A stretch of 42,672 bases of DNA. It comes from Eubacteriales bacterium (GTDB lineage Bacteria; Bacillota; Clostridia; Oscillospirales; CAG-272). A program made the position numbers and the translations under genes. Positions 37,126-42,672 of the stretch are shown here, in pieces. Each line of letters opens with the position of its first letter. Positions within the stretch are counted from its first letter, which is position 1. The stretch covers positions 1-42,672 of the forward strand of contig JAZOSS010000011.1 in assembly GCA_045657205.1 (NCBI GenBank). Reading direction: 5' to 3'. The notes beneath the pieces are model-generated. The model made no database searches and was not told the origin of the DNA. It saw nothing but the letters and a program-made list of their open reading frames with translations.

Positions 37126-38949
37126 TCAATATTCGGATTCTGCGTTTACGTCCACGTGATCTATAACACGTTTTGCATCCGCAAACATCTTTTCGACGAC
37201 GGAACGCTTGACGTAGAATTGTCCTTCGCCGTTTATCGTGTAATAGCAACGTCGGTCGGAATATGCAAAAAATTCGTATTTCATTTCATAGCCGTTTCTC
37301 GTCGTTACCTTTACCTCTGCAAGGAGGGATTTTTCGGTCGGTTCTTCGATGATATCGCCGGCTTCCATATAAAGCGTTGATTTATAAAGCTGTCTGAAGT
37401 TGAATACGTCAGTTTCGCCGTTTTGCGTTTTTCCGTCTGACGTAAGATACGTCTTCGTTACCGTTTCGTATACCTGAAGATCGTCGCCCTTGCCCGAAAG
37501 CTCAAAAAGATAATGCTGATGGGAGTTCGTTTTATCGGTAAATTCTATCGTTGCCACCTTGTCGATGTGAGCGTTGAAGATAGCTCTGTCCATAAAATCG
37601 ACTCTGCTCCACTTCAGAAAAGGCACTTTTGATTCGGATATTTTCGTCAGTATCGCCGTGATCGGTGACCAGGCGTAATAGAACTCTTTTCCGTTTTCAT
37701 CCGTTTGAAGAGCACTGAAATAAACTATGCTCGGATATCCCGAATACGTGTAGATAAGCGCCTTTTCGGCATCCGTTATGCCGTATTTCAAAAGTATTTC
37801 GGGTTTTACCGACTCCTCTTGGTATATTTCTCCCGTGTCGGGATCGAGTGCGTCGTGCTTATAACAGATATCGTATTCAAGAAGCTCGTCAGCCTCCATA
37901 TTAAGAATATGGTCGAAAAGCGACGTTACCTGCTCGGTCGATGCGGGAAGCTCCTCGGGGTATTTCAGCATATAGGGGATGGTGACACCGAAGGTTTCCT
38001 GCGTCGTTTTGTCTTCCTTCGTGTATTCGATGAACACGTACGGCTCATCCTTGTCAAGGGTTATATACATCTCTTTTATCAAGGTGTAATAATCGTTTGA
38101 CGCTGTTGATATCGGGAAAGTCAGAACAGGCTTCAAAAGCTGTGTCACGTTTGCCAAAAGCGTTTTTTCTATGGAATTTTCAAGCACGTAGACGATATCC
38201 CTGCCCTCGTACATAACGTAGTAGCGGTTTTCGTCAAGCGTTGAATTTCCTATATAAAGCTTGTGTTTGTTTCCATCTCTCGTCGTTAAAATGAAGTACG
38301 CAGGATCGTCTTCTGCCGAAAGACCGTATTCGGAAAGATCTTCGCTTCTTTCACCCTTCGGCAGTCTGTCGGAAAATACCGTATATCCCGCACTTACGAC
38401 GAGATGCGAGAAAAGCTCCTGATCGTACGCTATCGTTTCGGCACCCAAAAAGTAGAAGGAATCGTCGGCGGGACTGTAATATGCGGTATATTCGCCGTGC
38501 TTGTTATGCACTTCAATGCTCTGTATGTTATTTCTTTCAACGTGCTCGTAAATCAGCCAGTTGTTTTTACCCGTGCCTCTTACTTCGCCCGTCGTGTAAA
38601 CGATCTCCGTTTCTTCGGCTTCCTTGAAGCCGAACACGTCAAATCCGACAGGACCTAAAAGAAGATACGCACCTATAAGCAAAGCGAACACGGATGACAA
38701 AATTATTATCGTCAGCTTTCTTTGCTTTATGACGGTTGATTTAGGCTTGCTTTCTTCTTTTTCGGGTACGTCCTCGAAGGTCGAAAGAGATAATCTTTCC
38801 TCTTTTTGAGCCTCGGACATATCTATATCTTCGCTGTATTCGGAATATTCACCGCCGTAAAGGATCCTGTGAAGCTCACTTTCGTCCTTTTCTTCGGTAA
38901 TTTCATCGTTATCGCTTAAATTTTCGCTGTTAAGCTTTTCTTCGTCCAT
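37126..38949 (-). CDS. DUF4340-domain membrane-anchored protein
   Basis: Acidic N-terminus, single TM, DLSEYGL..P, LYIGN, YYV..EG..IVY; usual neighbour of GldG-like genes. Confidence 0.7.
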   Translation of the reverse strand: MDEEKLNSENLSDNDEITEEKDESELHRILYGGEYSEYSEDIDMSEAQKEERLSLSTFEDVPEKEESKPKSTVIKQRKLTIIILSSVFALLIGAYLLLGPVGFDVFGFKEAEETEIVYTTGEVRGTGKNNWLIYEHVERNNIQSIEVHNKHGEYTAYYSPADDSFYFLGAETIAYDQELFSHLVVSAGYTVFSDRLPKGERSEDLSEYGLSAEDDPAYFILTTRDGNKHKLYIGNSTLDENRYYVMYEGRDIVYVLENSIEKTLLANVTQLLKPVLTFPISTASNDYYTLIKEMYITLDKDEPYVFIEYTKEDKTTQETFGVTIPYMLKYPEELPASTEQVTSLFDHILNMEADELLEYDICYKHDALDPDTGEIYQEESVKPEILLKYGITDAEKALIYTYSGYPSIVYFSALQTDENGKEFYYAWSPITAILTKISESKVPFLKWSRVDFMDRAIFNAHIDKVATIEFTDKTNSHQHYLFELSGKGDDLQVYETVTKTYLTSDGKTQNGETDVFNFRQLYKSTLYMEAGDIIEEPTEKSLLAEVKVTTRNGYEMKYEFFAYSDRRCYYTINGEGQFYVKRSVVEKMFADAKRVIDHVDVNAESEY

Positions 38950-40485
38950 TTATTTCCTCTTTCTTCTGATTACCGTGACCGTGCCGACAGCAAGCACTGC
39001 GGCAGGCAAAACTCCTATAAGAACGACACCCCAGACGAGAACGCCGCGGCTCGTTATAAGGGAAAGTCCGTTATTTTCGTAGGGCTTGTAATCAAGCTCG
39101 AACGGTATTTTTACCGTGTGTATTCTCTGCGTGAGCATATACATTATCTCTCTGTTTGCGTACGACTGCGACGTGCAGTATTTAAGCATTTCGGGAGATC
39201 CGCAGGCAATAACGTATTTGTACATCGCTTCGTTATTGTGGTAGGTAAGGCTCTTTGTAAGTGTGAAAAGATCAAATTTTCCCGTTTTTGTTTCCTTTGA
39301 CGATATGCTTTGCGCCGTATCGGAGGTTACGAACAGCGGTACTGCCACCTGCATCGTTCCCGTGTCGTTGTTTGCAAGCACTTCAACGGGGGCAGCATCT
39401 GAAAACGCCGTACGCAGATCGCTGAATTTTTCGACTATCGTTGCCGTCTGTGCGTTGTCAACGTACTCAACGGTAAACGTCGTGTTGCTTGTGGATATTG
39501 CGTTTACGTGGTCCGTTATCTTTTCCGTCGTGTTTATTTTAACGCCCCATTCTTCAAGATATTCGTTAAGTACGGGGAATTCCGTGCCCGTCGAGCCTGC
39601 AAAGACCATCATCGAGCCGTATTCCGTTGCCATATATTCGCCTATCTTGTCTATTTCCGAGCGTGCGCCCATAACGTCAAGGTCCTTTGAAACGAAGTCC
39701 TTTTTTGGATCGAGGACGATTACAAGACGGCAGTTTTCGTCAAGCTCCTCACGCTGAAGATCGACGATTTTCGTTTCAAAGCCCCAGTCGCCGAGCATCG
39801 TGAAGAAGTCGGCGTATTCGTTTGAAGATTGGTCTTCGTTCGTTCCTATCGGCTCGCCGTGTCCCGTCGTGAAGCAAACGACGGGCTTTTCAACGCCTGC
39901 AAGCTGGAAAAACGCACTTAAAAACTTTCTTTCACCCGAAAAACCAAGCTCTTTTCCCGTTTCGGAGTCCGTTGTGAAAAAGCCTTTCATCGTGTAAACT
40001 ATCGGCGTGCCGTTTGATGACTCGACAACGACGTTCGTATCGGACCATTCACCGCCTGCAAGAGTTTTGTAATCGGCAAATTCAGACGGATACAGATACG
40101 CGTCGTAGCAGTTTACGGTGATTTTATGCTCAAGATCCTTCGACGCCTCGGCGTAGGCGTTTGCACAGGAGTAGATCATAAGCATACGGCTTGATTTTGC
40201 TATCGTGTCCTCGGGAATTGCAAATTTTATTTCTATGTCGTTTTTGATAAGATCGGAATTGAGAAGCGCGCGTGCTTCATCCGAAAGGGTGTAAAGCTCC
40301 GAGGATGTAAGGTCGGTATATATCCAATACTTTGCAAAAAGCGAGGATATTATCGCATTTGCTGTGATGATAACGGCAATAAAGCACACCGTAAGGGCGG
40401 CGGCAAGTGAGCCGTATTTGAACTTTCTGTTTTTGAATATCGACGTTTTCGTCTTGTTTTCCGTGTTTTTGTTCGTGTTTTTCAT
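38950..40485 (-). CDS. GldG-like ABC transporter auxiliary protein
   Basis: N- and C-terminal TMs, DLT...LYTLS, FTTGHGE, P.KD; start ATG 40485 after AAGGAGG. Confidence 0.82.
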   Translation of the reverse strand: MKNTNKNTENKTKTSIFKNRKFKYGSLAAALTVCFIAVIITANAIISSLFAKYWIYTDLTSSELYTLSDEARALLNSDLIKNDIEIKFAIPEDTIAKSSRMLMIYSCANAYAEASKDLEHKITVNCYDAYLYPSEFADYKTLAGGEWSDTNVVVESSNGTPIVYTMKGFFTTDSETGKELGFSGERKFLSAFFQLAGVEKPVVCFTTGHGEPIGTNEDQSSNEYADFFTMLGDWGFETKIVDLQREELDENCRLVIVLDPKKDFVSKDLDVMGARSEIDKIGEYMATEYGSMMVFAGSTGTEFPVLNEYLEEWGVKINTTEKITDHVNAISTSNTTFTVEYVDNAQTATIVEKFSDLRTAFSDAAPVEVLANNDTGTMQVAVPLFVTSDTAQSISSKETKTGKFDLFTLTKSLTYHNNEAMYKYVIACGSPEMLKYCTSQSYANREIMYMLTQRIHTVKIPFELDYKPYENNGLSLITSRGVLVWGVVLIGVLPAAVLAVGTVTVIRRKRK

Positions 40486-40498
40486 TTTCAGTGCCTCC

Positions 40499-41206
40499 TT
40501 ATGCCCAGCGGCGGCGCTCAAACACGCGTACCGTGAGGAATATAAACAGCACCGTTATGGAAAAGTAATAAATAAGTGCCGCGTAATCAATGATGCCGTA
40601 CGTGAAATACGTATAGCGGTTAAATACGGAGAAGAAATTGAGTACGACTCTCAAAGGAGTAAATCCGATACTCGTTGAGAACATTCCGATAACGAGGAAA
40701 ACGGCGATGACCGCTATGGTCGAAACGGCGGCAATGAGCTGGTTTTCCGTAATTGCCGAAAGGAACACGCCGACGGATATGAACGCCGCGCCGATAAGCA
40801 GAACGGAGAGCATATTGCCGAGTATTATCATAGTGTTCTGATTTCCGTAAACGTACATCGGTATGAGATTTACGCTCGATACGGCAAGAGTCATGGCAAA
40901 CATCGAGAAAGCCGCAAGAAATTTAGCTAAAACGATGTTGAAAAGACTTACGGGTGCTGTAAGAAGCACGGTTTCCGTGCGAAGTCTTTTTTCATCCGTA
41001 AAAAGCTTCATCGTAAGAAGCGGAATAAGTACGATAAACGAGTAGATAACGCCCGTATAATATACGGTTATGTCGGAATCAGCCGCCTGCGAAAGGACCG
41101 CAAGGGTGAAAAATATTCCCGATAAGATGAGAAACGAAGCGATAAAAGCGTATCCGATAAAGGTTGAAAAGTACGCCTTCATCTCTCTTTTGTAAATTGC
41201 TGTCAT
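40499..41206 (-). CDS. ABC-2 type permease (GldF-like)
   Basis: AIYKREM..YF, PLLTM..F.DEK...T...LLTAP, IVLAKF, S.ITENQ; start ATG 41206 after GGAGG. Confidence 0.88.
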   Translation of the reverse strand: MTAIYKREMKAYFSTFIGYAFIASFLILSGIFFTLAVLSQAADSDITVYYTGVIYSFIVLIPLLTMKLFTDEKRLRTETVLLTAPVSLFNIVLAKFLAAFSMFAMTLAVSSVNLIPMYVYGNQNTMIILGNMLSVLLIGAAFISVGVFLSAITENQLIAAVSTIAVIAVFLVIGMFSTSIGFTPLRVVLNFFSVFNRYTYFTYGIIDYAALIYYFSITVLFIFLTVRVFERRRWA

Positions 41207-41216
41207 GGTATCCTCC

Positions 41217-42146
41217 TTACTTTGAAGTGAGGGCAATAAATATGTCCTCAAGGCTCGTTCCGAGGGTGTTAAGCTCCATTATCGGCCAGTTTCTTTCAGC
41301 AAGAGCTGAGAAAATGAGCTTTCTTGAATCGTACCCCGGCTTGCATTGAACGCGGTAAAGAGTGCCGCTGTTCTTCGTTGAAGAAAGAAATTCAACGCTC
41401 TGTACGCCTTCAACACGGCGCAGAACGCCTTCGACTTCCTGACGGGGGCCGGCTATCTGTATGGTGAAGCGTTTTTTGTTTTCGGCAAGCTCGTTTATGT
41501 CGCTCGTCGCCTTGTCGGCTCTTATTACACCCTTGTCGATTATAATTATTCTGTCGCATACAGCCTGTACTTCGGGCAGGATGTGCGTTGAAAGAATTAT
41601 CGTGTGGTTTTTGGCAAGCGAGCGGATAAGCTCACGTATTTCGATTATCTGACGGGGATCGAGTCCTATCGTCGGCTCGTCAAATATAAGCACCTTCGGG
41701 TTCGATATCAAAGCCGCCGCGATGCCGACGCGCTGCTTGTACCCCTTTGAAAGGTGGCAGATAAGTCTGTTTGCGTAATCACCCAAGCGCATAACGGATA
41801 TTATCTCGCCTATGTGCTTTTTTCTGTTGAGGGTGCATTTTTTTAAGTCGTAAATAAAATTGAGGTATTCAAGGGGTGTCATATCGGGATAAAGAGGCGG
41901 CACTTCGGGCAGAAATCCGATGTGCTTTTTAGCCTCCGACGGGTTTTCGAGTATGTCGATACCGTCTATTTTGCAAACTCCCGAGGTAGACGAAAGATAC
42001 CCCGTTAAAATATTCATCGTCGTGGATTTTCCCGCACCGTTCGGGCCGAGGAAACCGACGACCTCGCCTTTGCCTATGTCAAAGCTTATGTTGTTGACGG
42101 CAAGATTCTTACCGTAATATTTGGTAAGATTTTCAATATGTATCAT
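41217..42146 (-). CDS. ABC transporter ATP-binding protein (GldA-like)
   Basis: GPNGAGKST, LSKGYKQRV, FDEPTIGLDP, STH; start ATG 42146 after GGAG. Confidence 0.93.
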   Translation of the reverse strand: MIHIENLTKYYGKNLAVNNISFDIGKGEVVGFLGPNGAGKSTTMNILTGYLSSTSGVCKIDGIDILENPSEAKKHIGFLPEVPPLYPDMTPLEYLNFIYDLKKCTLNRKKHIGEIISVMRLGDYANRLICHLSKGYKQRVGIAAALISNPKVLIFDEPTIGLDPRQIIEIRELIRSLAKNHTIILSTHILPEVQAVCDRIIIIDKGVIRADKATSDINELAENKKRFTIQIAGPRQEVEGVLRRVEGVQSVEFLSSTKNSGTLYRVQCKPGYDSRKLIFSALAERNWPIMELNTLGTSLEDIFIALTSK

Positions 42147-42266
42147 AAAGATCTCCATTCTGCGTAAAATGATCAAACTTACTTGCGTATACTTACAATC
42201 GGTTTTATTTTATCATATATATATAAACAAGTCTTGAACTTACCGAAAAAAAACCGTCCTGCCTCC

Positions 42267-42672
42267 CATAACTCTATCCGCCGCAGGCGGATAGAATATC
42301 ACGCTGACGAAGTCGGCATATAAAAATAAATGTCCGTATCAACGTAAGACGGCAAAAATGAGATAATTGTAGGGACCGACGTCCTCGGCGGTCCGTATGA
42401 TGTAGGGCGGGGGCTTCCGCCATAACTCTATCCGGCGCAGGCAGATAGAATATCACGCTGACGAAGTCAGCATATCACGAACCGTCAGGTTCTATATCAC
42501 TTTCGCGAAGCGAAAATATCACGCCGACGAAGTCGGCATATAAAAAAGCTCCGTATCAACGTAGGGCAGGGGAAAAATCAGATAATAGATAAAACCGTAG
42601 GGGCCGGCGCCCACGACGACCCGCATGTTGTAGGGCGGGGGCTTGCTCCCGCCGTTTCGAAAAAATCCGATG
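42267..42672 (+). repeat. Mosaic repeat cluster of ATATCAC hairpin arrays and GTAG REPs, running to the window edge
   Basis: Short array 42268-42320, REP 42369-42395, half REP from 42402, full five-hairpin array 42422-42541, REPs at 42597-42623 and from 42630. Confidence 0.9.

Overview
Replication-origin region of a spore-forming Clostridia-type Firmicute. From left to right: a probable rRNA-operon promoter/leader running off the left edge, nrdR, a probable 6S RNA, DUF1292, a complete rnfCDGEAB operon ending in an orphan soj/parA, spoIIE, a dockerin-transglutaminase plus wall-anchored cohesin pair, a WG-repeat protein, then the minus-strand block dnaA-oriC-dnaN-recF-remB-gyrB-(PfkB-like)-gyrA. 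Right of the origin lie nadE-glyA, a small membrane gene plus spoVM (missed by the ORF track), a REP-associated tyrosine transposase (RAYT) unit, a 1213-aa lectin/dockerin/metallo-hydrolase protein and a GldAFG-like ABC-DUF4340-CHAP-ytvI operon. I found no CRISPR array, tRNA or prophage. The most unusual signals are: (1) intergenic arrays of short perfect hairpins separated by a constant 7-nt linker, in two sequence families, adjoining GTAG-type REPs that share their architecture with the RAYT's own REPs; (2) an apparently catalytically dead PfkB-family protein inserted between gyrB and gyrA; (3) a non-cellulosomal cohesin-dockerin surface system; (4) two further structured repeats with compensatory base changes. 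All calls come from reading motifs by eye; no database searches were run.
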